NCBI GenBank assembly: GCA_016194905.1
Contig: JACQAP010000009.1
Coordinates: 77,569 to 141,568 of the forward strand
DNA from: Betaproteobacteria bacterium
GTDB taxonomy: Bacteria > Pseudomonadota > Gammaproteobacteria > Burkholderiales > JACQAP01
DNA length: 64,000 nucleotides
Direction: 5' to 3'
In this document: piece after piece, positions 8,081-16,498 of the stretch
Layout: every line of letters begins with the position of its first letter
Position numbering within the stretch: position 1 is the first letter of the stretch
The notes under the pieces: model-generated
Database searches by the model: none
Told to the model about the DNA's origin: nothing
Seen by the model: only the letters and a program-made list of their open reading frames with translations
Translations under genes and position numbers: made by a program

Positions 8081-11000
8081 CTACACCTGCTGCACGGAGC
8101 GGAACAGGGCCTCGCTTTCGCGGGAGGGAGTAATGCCAAGCGTTACGGAGAGAATCTGGCGCAGGCGACGGTATACGGTCATGGCATCGGCATGGCGGCC
8201 GCGCTCGATGTGGCAGCGTATGAGGCCCTGGTAGAATTCCTCGGCCAGATCATCGGCGTCAATCCCGCGTTGGTACAACGAGGCCGCGGCGTCCAAGTCT
8301 CCCGCTCGTTCGAGCCTAACCCCTTCTCGTTCCGCATGACGGATGAACTTGCCACGCAGCCGCTCACGAGGGGACAACGCCCAGGACGACTCGCGCTCCT
8401 CGGGCAGAAACTGTCCTTGATAGAGCCTCTCGATCCGACTGGAGTCCACTCCCGCATCGGCGGCCTGCTCGAACGCGTTCGCGTCGATCCAGACCTCGTG
8501 GGGATTCACGCTGACCCGACCATTCTCCACCTGCACCGTATTCGGATTGCGGAGCAGCTTGCGCAAGCGATGCAGCGCAATCTTGCAGGCTTCCCGAGCA
8601 GCAGCACCTTCCTCGTCCGGCCAAAGCGCGTCCATGAGCTTCGTTTCCGGAACATCCACTCCTCCGAAGGCTATGATGGCCTTAAGGAGGGTAATCGGTT
8701 TTCTGGGTACCTTGTGAGAAAAGGACAGCACCTTGTCCTCCAAAAGAATCTTGAAGTGGCCAAGCGTGTAAATTCGGACCCGCCAAGGCCATTGGTCTGC
8801 TTGATTGGAGGGCGCCGGCAGCGAAAGGCGGCGTATCAGCACATTGACGTAGCCTGGCTCGAGCCCCAACTCCAGAGCCTCCGCACACAATCTTGGCGCC
8901 CACAATCTTATGAATCGCAAGGGCCAGTCACAGCCGGAGATGCGCTGCAACTCGAAGCCGCGCCGCAAATGTTCAGGCACAGATGTGCGATTGCCTTCTT
9001 CGAGTCCCAGGAATGCTTCGGAAAAATGAACCTCAGCCTTGAGCCAAAGCGAGCGTGACGTGTCAGCAAGATTCCTTGCCTCCGATATCCAGCGTCGCGC
9101 GTCGGCAAAGTCTCGCAGCACCGTCAAGCTCAATGCGAGCTGAATACGCGACACGCAACGCAGGAAATGCGTACCCGCCTCGTCGAAACTATTCACCGCG
9201 CGCTTGGCCGACACATATGCCCCCGCCGGGTCACCGTCGAACGCGGCAACCCACGCTTTGATCGATTCCGCGATGGCCTCGTTGTAAGGACGGCCTGACA
9301 TCTCCGTTTCATTGAGACGATTCGACCAGCGACGTGCGGCCTCTGCATTTCCCACACCGAACTCGACATGAGCGCCAACAATCGCCGCAAAGCGCGATAC
9401 TGCTGGCAGGCCGTCGTCCCGGCCGATGCGCTCGGCTTCCGAGACCGCCGCACGGCTTTTCTTTTCGTCGCCCGCCACCAGTTCGAAGAGGGAAATCATG
9501 AACCAACCCAAACCTGCACTCATTGGCGTGACTTCTGGATGTCCGAGGAGCTGCTCGAGCAAAGGCGCCGCTTTGCGTGCGATTTCGAGTGGTCCTGTGC
9601 GGGTGCCGTAGGCAACGAGGTACGCCGCCGCCAAGGTTCGCAGGTTGATGCTGCCGCCGATTTGTACCAGATCGAAGACTCGATCGGTGCAGGCATCCAG
9701 TGCGGGATCATCGGGTTTGCAGTACGACAACGCAATGAGGAGGGCAGAACGTGCGCGCAGTTCCGCTTCGGCATTCTCGAAGACCGTCACTTGTTCCAAT
9801 AGCACCTTCAGCGCCCCGATCCACTGATCCATCGCACGGAAATTGGTGTATTCGAATATGTAGGTCTGAATCACTCCCGCTGCGGCCTGGACTTGACACA
9901 TGAAGTCGGCCTGACGAGTCGCCGCTTCATGGCTCGCCTCCAGCGCTACCCTCGCCCCCCTAGCATCGACCGGCGTCTTCGCAGTGCCATACCAATGCAG
10001 CAACCAGCAATGGTTCTCGACCACTTCCTTCGGAAGAGCATCAATCCATTCCACGACGACCCGCCAGCGACCTTGCGCGATAAGTCTCGAGGCCTGGCGA
10101 AGAATGACCGCGATCGCGGCGGGTACATCGCCGCAGCGAAGGTAAAGCGGAAACGCCTCCTCGGAGTGGTCGTTCGCGTCGAGGATCTGCGCTGACCGTC
10201 GGGTAATGTCGGCATCCTGGTCTGGACTGAATGTCAGTTGTGCCCGATGCTGGAGGAATGCCTGAAAGAGTGCATGAAACTGATATACGCGCTGTTCGGT
10301 TGAACGCCGATCCGTGAACAGATGACGCCGGTGCAGATCTTCCAGTAGTAGCGAAGCCGTCGTGGTCCCGGTGAGATCCTCCGCCGTTCTTGCAGTCATT
10401 CCTGGCAGATAACTGAGGCGCAAAAGCTCGTCCTGACTTTGCGGGTGCATCTGATCGAAAAGCTGGCCGGCAAAATAGTTGAACACTTCGCGCAGAGAAT
10501 CAGACACGGTAGTACTTGGGAGATCGCCGCCGCGACGCCATCGCGCAAGCAGCAGAACGAGTCCGGCTGTCCAGCCCCCGCTTTTCTCATGAAGTTCGGC
10601 GATCTGAGAGTCGCTAAGCTGGATCCGCCCGGCACCGACAGCGCGTGCCTCCTCAAAGGTGAGCTTCAGATCCTCCCAATCGACAAACGCGACGTTCTCG
10701 TTGGCAATTAGCCGCGCGTAGCAGTCCGGCGGATCGCGCCGACTGACGGCGATCAGCATGATGCCCGGCGACACCTCTTCCACCGCTTGCGCGATCAGTT
10801 GGTGGAACTTCTGCTCCGGCCCAACTTCCTGATAGTTGTCCAGAACCACTGCCGCACCTTCCGGCAGCCGGCCAAACAATTCGCGGAAAAACCTGCGTGA
10901 GAACCCCTCGGCGTCCTGAAGATATTCGGGTGTGAGCAACGGCAGTGGCCGCTGCCCTTTGCGGCCAAAAGGTTTCGCCGCTTCCCCGAGGTAGTAGAAG

Positions 11001-11236
11001 AAGGTGGGGAGGTCTGCATCGCCGGGATCGACCTGGTACCAAATGCCCTTGATAACACGAGCATCGAGCCAACTGGCTACCAGCGTGGTCTTGCCTGCTC
11101 CTGGCGGGCCGACCACGCAGATCGCGGATTTATGCTCGCGGGCTTCGTTGAGCAGCACAAACAACCGCTCGCGCGCCACTGCCTTGTAAAGGCGCGGACG
11201 AGTCAGTTTGGCAAGCTGTGGTGGCTTCTTCGGCAT
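8081..11236 (-). CDS. MalT-type STAND P-loop ATPase with C-terminal SARP module (winged helix + BTAD), paralog R1
   Basis: 1051 aa. MalT-like N-terminus (LAKLTRPRLY...VVGPPGAGKTTL, Walker-B-like VVLDNYQEV) and a long helical middle. C-terminus is WPWRVRIYTLGHFKILLEDKVL...LWPDEEG...HRLRKLL (OmpR-type wHTH) plus DDLAEEFYQGLIRCH...YRRLRQILSVTLGITPSRESEALF (BTAD). Confidence 0.85.
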   Translation of the reverse strand: MPKKPPQLAKLTRPRLYKAVARERLFVLLNEAREHKSAICVVGPPGAGKTTLVASWLDARVIKGIWYQVDPGDADLPTFFYYLGEAAKPFGRKGQRPLPLLTPEYLQDAEGFSRRFFRELFGRLPEGAAVVLDNYQEVGPEQKFHQLIAQAVEEVSPGIMLIAVSRRDPPDCYARLIANENVAFVDWEDLKLTFEEARAVGAGRIQLSDSQIAELHEKSGGWTAGLVLLLARWRRGGDLPSTTVSDSLREVFNYFAGQLFDQMHPQSQDELLRLSYLPGMTARTAEDLTGTTTASLLLEDLHRRHLFTDRRSTEQRVYQFHALFQAFLQHRAQLTFSPDQDADITRRSAQILDANDHSEEAFPLYLRCGDVPAAIAVILRQASRLIAQGRWRVVVEWIDALPKEVVENHCWLLHWYGTAKTPVDARGARVALEASHEAATRQADFMCQVQAAAGVIQTYIFEYTNFRAMDQWIGALKVLLEQVTVFENAEAELRARSALLIALSYCKPDDPALDACTDRVFDLVQIGGSINLRTLAAAYLVAYGTRTGPLEIARKAAPLLEQLLGHPEVTPMSAGLGWFMISLFELVAGDEKKSRAAVSEAERIGRDDGLPAVSRFAAIVGAHVEFGVGNAEAARRWSNRLNETEMSGRPYNEAIAESIKAWVAAFDGDPAGAYVSAKRAVNSFDEAGTHFLRCVSRIQLALSLTVLRDFADARRWISEARNLADTSRSLWLKAEVHFSEAFLGLEEGNRTSVPEHLRRGFELQRISGCDWPLRFIRLWAPRLCAEALELGLEPGYVNVLIRRLSLPAPSNQADQWPWRVRIYTLGHFKILLEDKVLSFSHKVPRKPITLLKAIIAFGGVDVPETKLMDALWPDEEGAAAREACKIALHRLRKLLRNPNTVQVENGRVSVNPHEVWIDANAFEQAADAGVDSSRIERLYQGQFLPEERESSWALSPRERLRGKFIRHAEREGVRLERAGDLDAAASLYQRGIDADDLAEEFYQGLIRCHIERGRHADAMTVYRRLRQILSVTLGITPSRESEALFRSVQQV

Positions 11237-11309
11237 CCCTTGCTCCCGAAGCGAGATGACGATGCCATTCTATGCCCGTAAATCAGATCCAGCCGCATGA
11301 TCGCTTCGG

Positions 11310-11549
11310 GTGGGTACAATGGTGCGAACAACCGAGGCAGAGTCCATGATCCGAAACGTTGAGCGATGGCAAAAGTGGGAAGCAGCGCAGATGCGGGGGG
11401 CCGTGGATTTTCCGCGTAACCAGCGAATGTTCGAGGCCCTGTACCGGCACGCCCGGCGGCTCAATCCCACAGCCCTGTTGCGGTTCCCCGAAGACCTGGA
11501 ATTCAAGATCCGCCTGGCCGGGGCGCTGAATGTTCGAGCGCCTGCTTGA
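11310..11549 (+). CDS. Small hypothetical protein, partner of the downstream nucleotidyltransferase
   Basis: 79-aa ORF whose 3' end overlaps the next gene start by 20 nt. It is divergent from R1. No motif recognised. Confidence 0.5.
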   Translation: MGTMVRTTEAESMIRNVERWQKWEAAQMRGAVDFPRNQRMFEALYRHARRLNPTALLRFPEDLEFKIRLAGALNVRAPA

Positions 11550-12078
11550 ACGTCTCGCCGGCAGTCTCGACCGGCACAAGATTCCCTATATGGTCATCGG
11601 CGGGCAGGCCGTCCTGGTTTACGGCGAGCCGCGCCTGACCAGGGACATTGACGTGACTGTTGGCGTGGATGCGAATCGGACCGACGCAATGCTGGTAGTG
11701 GCGCGAGAACTGGGGCTGAACGTCCGCGTCGAGCACCCCGCTGAATTCGTCCGGGATACGATGGTTCTTCCGTGCGAGGATGTGACTACGGGCATTCCGA
11801 TTGATTTTATTTTCTCGCGCTCGCCCTACGAGGTGGAAGCGCTGGCACGAGTGCGACGCGTGACTGTCGGAAGAGGTCAAGTCGCGTTTGCGAGCCTCGA
11901 AGACCTGATCATCCACAAACTCATTGCCGGCCGGCCGCGGGACATGGAAGACGTCCGGACCATCCTCCTGAAGAACCGGATATACGATCGAGCCTATGTG
12001 GCGAAATGGCTTGTCGAGTTCGACAAACTTCTGGATCGCCCTCTTGCACGGCAGCTAAAGGAACTCGACCCCGGTTGA
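11530..12078 (+). CDS. Minimal nucleotidyltransferase-fold protein (Pol-beta superfamily)
   Basis: 182 aa. IGGQAVLVYGEPRLTRDIDV fits the G[GS]-x(9-13)-D-x-D nucleotidyltransferase signature. Confidence 0.7.
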   Translation: MFERLLERLAGSLDRHKIPYMVIGGQAVLVYGEPRLTRDIDVTVGVDANRTDAMLVVARELGLNVRVEHPAEFVRDTMVLPCEDVTTGIPIDFIFSRSPYEVEALARVRRVTVGRGQVAFASLEDLIIHKLIAGRPRDMEDVRTILLKNRIYDRAYVAKWLVEFDKLLDRPLARQLKELDPG

Positions 12079-12105
12079 CGGCTCCGTTGAAGTGACGAAG
12101 TTGTT

Positions 12106-12262
12106 CTTACCGTTCACTGTTCACCTTTCGCCATTTATGGTCGAATACCCGTGCGAATACCCTACGTGCGTAGCACGTCGGAGTACTCTTCTAGTACCCT
12201 TTTAGACCGGTTATGGTCGCAGACCGGTATCCCCTTGTGGGAATCCCCTTGCGGGGCACCGC
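12106..12262. repeat. Intergenic element E3 (word arm + conserved core shared with E4 and E1)
   Basis: 12107-12131 carries ttaccgttcactgttcacc words. 12132-12163 is identical to 13519-13550 (32 nt). It is followed by a hairpin, GGAGTAC..CCTTTTAG and TTATGGTCGnAGACCGGTATCCCC, as in E4. Confidence 0.85.
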
Positions 12263-12264
12263 CC

Positions 12265-13503
12265 TTACGGCCGTTCCATCTTGCAGGTCGTGGGCAGGAT
12301 GTTGTCCTTCGCTTCTATGCGGACATCGGATTTCCACCCATATCCAGTATCGTCGGCGTCGTACTTCACATCAGCGGTGCCGGCTTTGACGAAACTCGAA
12401 ACATAGAGCGGCATGATCACCTGGTGATCATCGCCTCGCATCCACACCTCTCCCACGCCGCCGTCGTAGCGCAGGTCTTCCAGTGCCTTTGCGATTTGGA
12501 TCGGATCCGCGGAGCCGGCCTTGTCGATCGCGCGGGCGAGCATCTCGACGAAGTACTTGTAAGGCATGAATCCCCAGTCCTCCCTGAAGCGCTTCTTGTA
12601 GTCCAGGGAGTAGCGTTCCAGGGGGTGGCCTGCAATGTTCGCGTTCCAGGCTGCCACCGTCTTGACGCGGTTGGCGCCGGCAGCGCCAAAGGCGCGCGGT
12701 GTACCGACAAGAAAGCCGTAGTTGGTATAGAAGGTCGCTTTCAGCCCGGAGTCTTCGGCTGATTTGATCAGCAGCGCAAGGTCGCTGCCCCAGTTGCCGG
12801 TCAGCACCGTATCCGCTCCGCTCGATTTTATCTTGGCGACATAGGGCGCGAAATCCTTGACTTTGCCCAGCGGAATCAGCTCGTCTCCCACGATCTCGAT
12901 GTCGGGACGTTTCTTTGCGAGCATTTCCCTCGCCACCCGCTTGAAGGAATGTCCGTAGGCATAGTCGGGGTTGATCATGTAGAGCTTCTTCGCGGTCTTC
13001 TGCGTGGACAGGACGCCCGTCAAAGCGTCGATTTTCATGTCCAGGTTGGCCTCGAAGCGGAAGTGCCAGAAATTGCATTTCTCTTCGGTGAGCACGGTAT
13101 CGGTCGCGCCATTGTTCAGGTACAGGATCTCGCGCCCGGGATTGCGCTGGTTGTACTTGAGTACCGCGTCGGTCATGGCGTGCGCGACATGCGAACCGAC
13201 GCCCTGGGTAATCAGGCGGATGTTCTGATCGATCGCCTGCTTGAGGACCACCAGACTTTCCTGGGGGCTGGACTTGTTGTCGAGCAGCACCAGTTCCAGT
13301 TTGGTTCCACCCAGAACACCGCCGCGCGCGTTGATATCATCCACCGCCATCTGGATGTGACGGCTTCCCATCTCCCCCTGAAGCGCCGCCGGGCCGCTGA
13401 ACGGATCGATCACCGCTATCCTGATGTTCTCGGCGGCTGCCATCGACATGCCGCCTAACACCGAGGCCAGCACGAACGCTGCCCTGCAGAATATCCGGAT
13501 CAT
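12265..13503 (-). CDS. LivK/LivJ-type (branched-chain amino acid family) periplasmic substrate-binding protein, orphan copy 1
   Basis: ATG at 13503 is preceded by GAAGGG. It has a signal peptide and IRIAVIDPFSGPAALQGEMGSRHIQMAVDDINARGGVLGGTKLELVLLDNKSSPQES, typical of Peripla_BP_6 proteins. It is a paralog of the next gene. Confidence 0.85.
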   Translation of the reverse strand: MIRIFCRAAFVLASVLGGMSMAAAENIRIAVIDPFSGPAALQGEMGSRHIQMAVDDINARGGVLGGTKLELVLLDNKSSPQESLVVLKQAIDQNIRLITQGVGSHVAHAMTDAVLKYNQRNPGREILYLNNGATDTVLTEEKCNFWHFRFEANLDMKIDALTGVLSTQKTAKKLYMINPDYAYGHSFKRVAREMLAKKRPDIEIVGDELIPLGKVKDFAPYVAKIKSSGADTVLTGNWGSDLALLIKSAEDSGLKATFYTNYGFLVGTPRAFGAAGANRVKTVAAWNANIAGHPLERYSLDYKKRFREDWGFMPYKYFVEMLARAIDKAGSADPIQIAKALEDLRYDGGVGEVWMRGDDHQVIMPLYVSSFVKAGTADVKYDADDTGYGWKSDVRIEAKDNILPTTCKMERP

Positions 13504-13518
13504 GCTTGTCCCTTCACG

Positions 13519-13690
13519 CATTTATGGTCGAATACCCGTGCGAATACCCTGGCGAAGCCCGGAGTACCCTTTTAGCTAGGAGTTATGGTCGAAGACCGGT
13601 ATCCCCTGGGAATCCTTCGGAATCCCTTGGGAACCCTGTGGGCGCATTTCACACCTTTACCGTTCGCTGTTTACCGTTCACCATTCGCCG
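13519..13690. repeat. Intergenic element E4 (conserved core + word arm)
   Basis: 13519-13550 is identical to 12132-12163. GGAGTACCCTTTTAG is at 13561-13575. ttaccgttcgctgtttaccgttcaccattcgcc words are at 13655-13688. Confidence 0.85.
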
Positions 13691-13693
13691 CCG

Positions 13694-14935
13694 TCACGGC
13701 CTTTCCATCTTGCATGTCGTCGGCAGAATATTGTCTTTCGCTTCTATGCGCGTATCGACGTGCCAGCCAAAGCCGGTTTCGTCCGCATCGTACTTCACGC
13801 CCTGCTTGCCGACCTTGGCGAAGGTCGCCACGAACAGCGGCTCCATGATCTGGTGATCATCCGCGCGCATCCACGCTTCGCCGACGCCGGCGTCGTAGCG
13901 CATGTCTTCCAGCGCCTTGGCGACCTTGACCGGATCGGCCGAGCCTGCCTTGTCGATCGCTTTCGTCCACATGTCGATCGTGTACTTGATCGGCAGGAAT
14001 CCCCAGTCTTCACCGTATTTCTTTCTGTACTCCAGATAATCCTTTTCCAGCGGATTGCCCGGCAGATTCGGATACCAGCTCGCGACGGTCTTCACGCGTT
14101 CGGCGCCCGCAGGACCGAAAGACTTCGGTGTGCCGACAAGGTAGGCGTAGTTGGTATAAAAATTCGCCGGCAGTCCGGCTTCCTCCGCGGACTTGATCAG
14201 AAGCGCAAGGTCGCTGCCCCAGTTACCCGACAGCACGGTATCGGCGCCGCTCGCCTTGATCTTGGCGATGTAAGGCGAGAAGTCCTTCACCTTGCCGGTC
14301 GGATGCAGTTCGTCGCCGACGATCTGGATGTCCGGCCGCTTCCTTGCGATCATTTCCTTGGCCACGCGGCTGACCGACTGGCCGTAGGCGTAATCCTGGT
14401 TGATCAGGTAGATCTTCCTGATGTTTCTGTCCTTCGCGATCACGCCGGTGAGGGCGTCGATCTTCATGTCCACGTTCGCGTCGAAGCGGAAATGCCAGTA
14501 ATTGCATTTCTCGTTGGTCAGCGCCGGATCGATCGCCGCGTGATTGAGGAAAAGAATCTCCTGACCGGGATTGCGCTGGTTGTACTTGAGCACGCCATCG
14601 GTCAGGGCATGGGCCACGTGCGAACCATTGCCCTGGGTGATGTAACGGATACCCTGGTCGGTAGCCTGCTTGAGGGCGATCAGACTTTCCTGCGGGCTGC
14701 TCTTGTTGTCCAGAGTGACTAACTCGAGTTTGATTCCCCCAAGTACGCCACCGCGCGAGTTGATCTCGTCGATCGCCGCCTGGATGTGCCGGTCGCCCTC
14801 CTTGCCTTGCAGCGCAAACGGCCCGCTTTGCGGGTCGATGTGGGCGATCTTGATGGTGTCGGCCGCTGCAGCGCAGCGAATTGCTGCAATGCCGAAAAGA
14901 AAAACTAGAGCCAGCCTGCCAGAAGCATGACACAT
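13694..14935 (-). CDS. LivK/LivJ-type periplasmic substrate-binding protein, orphan copy 2
   Basis: ATG at 14935 is preceded by GGGGGGAG. It has a signal peptide and is alignable end to end with copy 1; both end in DNILPTTCKMERP. Confidence 0.85.
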   Translation of the reverse strand: MCHASGRLALVFLFGIAAIRCAAAADTIKIAHIDPQSGPFALQGKEGDRHIQAAIDEINSRGGVLGGIKLELVTLDNKSSPQESLIALKQATDQGIRYITQGNGSHVAHALTDGVLKYNQRNPGQEILFLNHAAIDPALTNEKCNYWHFRFDANVDMKIDALTGVIAKDRNIRKIYLINQDYAYGQSVSRVAKEMIARKRPDIQIVGDELHPTGKVKDFSPYIAKIKASGADTVLSGNWGSDLALLIKSAEEAGLPANFYTNYAYLVGTPKSFGPAGAERVKTVASWYPNLPGNPLEKDYLEYRKKYGEDWGFLPIKYTIDMWTKAIDKAGSADPVKVAKALEDMRYDAGVGEAWMRADDHQIMEPLFVATFAKVGKQGVKYDADETGFGWHVDTRIEAKDNILPTTCKMERP

Positions 14936-15105
14936 GATCTCCCCCCGTCGATTTTTGTGTGTCCTCCAACTCGCGCCCAGTATATCCAGATGACGAGGCA
15001 GGCAAGAAGGTGGCGCATGGCACCCCGGTCCCCGATTGCCTCGCAATTCGTAATCCATCTGTAAGGAACCCGGTCATAGAGTAGCCAAGGTTGCACACCG
15101 CAATC

Positions 15106-15125
15106 CGTCGCCGCGTGCGGCGACG
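15106..15125 (+). promoter_or_regulatory. Perfect palindrome upstream of D3 (operator or stem-loop candidate)
   Basis: CGTCGCCGC-gt-GCGGCGACG lies about 40 bp upstream of the D3 ATG in the SBP2/D3 divergent region, and is preceded by AATCCGT. Confidence 0.35.
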
Positions 15126-15163
15126 CGCGCAATAAATTCCAACACCTGTGAGGAGAAGAAAAT

Positions 15164-15631
15164 ATGGGAACAAAGAAACTGTTGTCCTGCTCGGCCGCGG
15201 CACTCCTGATTGCCGGCACTGCCGGACAGACACTCGCAGCCGAATGCTCGGGCTATGACATTCTCGTCAACCAGGTTGCCGATACGCTCGACGTCGGCAA
15301 TGGGCACACGATGACCGTGATTCGTGCGTGGAGCATTCTCATCACCGACGATCCCAAGAGCGTTTACAACCTCGCCACCGGCGAGTGCCACGGAACGATC
15401 CTCGCGACACCGGACGGCAAGGGCCAGGCCTCCGGCTATTGCGCGCGTCGCGACAAGGATAAGGACACGCAAAGCATTCAGTGGACGCAGGCACCTGGCG
15501 CGGAAAAGGGCGAATGGCGCACAACCGGGGGCACTGGAAAATTTGCCGGGCGCACCGACTCAGGATGGTTTCAGGGTGTCAGTGCGGACGGAAAGATGTC
15601 GATTTCCAGATGGGGCGGCAAGTGTCGATAG
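15164..15631 (+). CDS. Secreted 4-Cys protein with GTGK[YF]xG motif, family D (divergent paralog D3)
   Basis: 155 aa; RBS GAGGAGAAG; signal peptide. Four Cys (AECSG, GECHG, GYCARRDKDKD, GKCR) and TTGGTGKFAG sit at positions equivalent to those in D1 and D2. Confidence 0.75.
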   Translation: MGTKKLLSCSAAALLIAGTAGQTLAAECSGYDILVNQVADTLDVGNGHTMTVIRAWSILITDDPKSVYNLATGECHGTILATPDGKGQASGYCARRDKDKDTQSIQWTQAPGAEKGEWRTTGGTGKFAGRTDSGWFQGVSADGKMSISRWGGKCR

Positions 15632-15666
15632 AGTTTGCCAGGTTTGGATACGAGGCCTGACCGCTG

Positions 15667-15690
15667 CCGCTGCGATACATCTCGCAGCGG
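15667..15690. terminator. Stem-loop between convergent D3 and D2 (possible bidirectional terminator)
   Basis: CCGCTGCGA-tacatc-TCGCAGCGG is a perfect 9-bp stem. The T-rich stretch (ttgtttcattattt) starts 10 nt downstream, so it is not a textbook intrinsic terminator. Confidence 0.45.
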
Positions 15691-15763
15691 CGACGGCGGG
15701 TTGTTTCATTATTTCCCTCCCTATGGATGAGTTTGCGCGTCTGGAACTTATTCCGGCACGCCG

Positions 15764-16258
15764 TTACTTCAACCGGTAGGTCCCGGTTGCACGATTGCAG
15801 TTCTGCAAGGTGCCTGGCCCCTGGGTCGCAAACTGACCGACCGCCGCATACGAGCCGCCACCGGTCATGCCGGAATACTTGCCGGTACCGTTCATGACCT
15901 GCCACTTCCCGCCGCTACCCGTGTTCGCATACTTGCCGAACTGCTTGTCGCCGTCGGGGTCGGTCGTCTCGCAATAGCCGTTCTCCTGATAAACGCCGTC
16001 GATCACCGCCCACACCCCGGAACAGCGGATTCCGTTCAGGTGATAAAGCCCACCGTTGGGCAGATTGCTGACCATGGGTCCGTAAAGATCCAGAACCCCG
16101 GCGATCAGCTTGTCCGAATGGGCTATGGCAGGCAAAGGCCCGCCGAAGCAAAGATTGACGTCGTACTTGCCTTCCTTGGGCAAATCGGCATAAACAGGCG
16201 AAGCGCTGATTGCGATCAAGGCGAATGCGACAACGAAAGCGGATTTTCTGCCAAGCAT
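15764..16258 (-). CDS. Secreted 4-Cys protein with GTGK[YF]xG motif, family D (paralog D2)
   Basis: ATG at 16258 is preceded by AAGGAGGAG. It has a signal peptide (FVVAFALIAISASPVYA). ADLPKEGKYD.N.CF, IRCSGVW, GYCETTDPDGDKQFG and NGTGKYSG are present. Confidence 0.8.
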   Translation of the reverse strand: MLGRKSAFVVAFALIAISASPVYADLPKEGKYDVNLCFGGPLPAIAHSDKLIAGVLDLYGPMVSNLPNGGLYHLNGIRCSGVWAVIDGVYQENGYCETTDPDGDKQFGKYANTGSGGKWQVMNGTGKYSGMTGGGSYAAVGQFATQGPGTLQNCNRATGTYRLK

Positions 16259-16269
16259 GTGACTCCTCC

Positions 16270-16458
16270 TTATTCTGATTTTGATGGTGAGACTTTCCCT
16301 TTGGCGTTCCGGGGAAAACCTCCTGACACTGCACGCCACAACTCCTCGGCACTCGCAAAAGGTATGCGACGGCCGGACCTGACGTCTTCGACCACGCCGG
16401 CGAGCGGCCGCCGCGCCTGACGATAAAGGCGAACGATGAATGTAGATCCCGGATCCAT
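16270..16458 (-). CDS. Small conserved protein, family S (paralog of 7177..7374)
   Basis: 62 aa from the ATG at 16458, which is preceded by GGGGAGGG (the track start at 16476 is TTG). Alignment is given under 7177..7374. Confidence 0.7.
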   Translation of the reverse strand: MDPGSTFIVRLYRQARRPLAGVVEDVRSGRRIPFASAEELWRAVSGGFPRNAKGKVSPSKSE

Positions 16459-16498
16459 GGTCCCTCCCCGGCGCAAAGTCAGGCTAGCCCGGCAGGGA

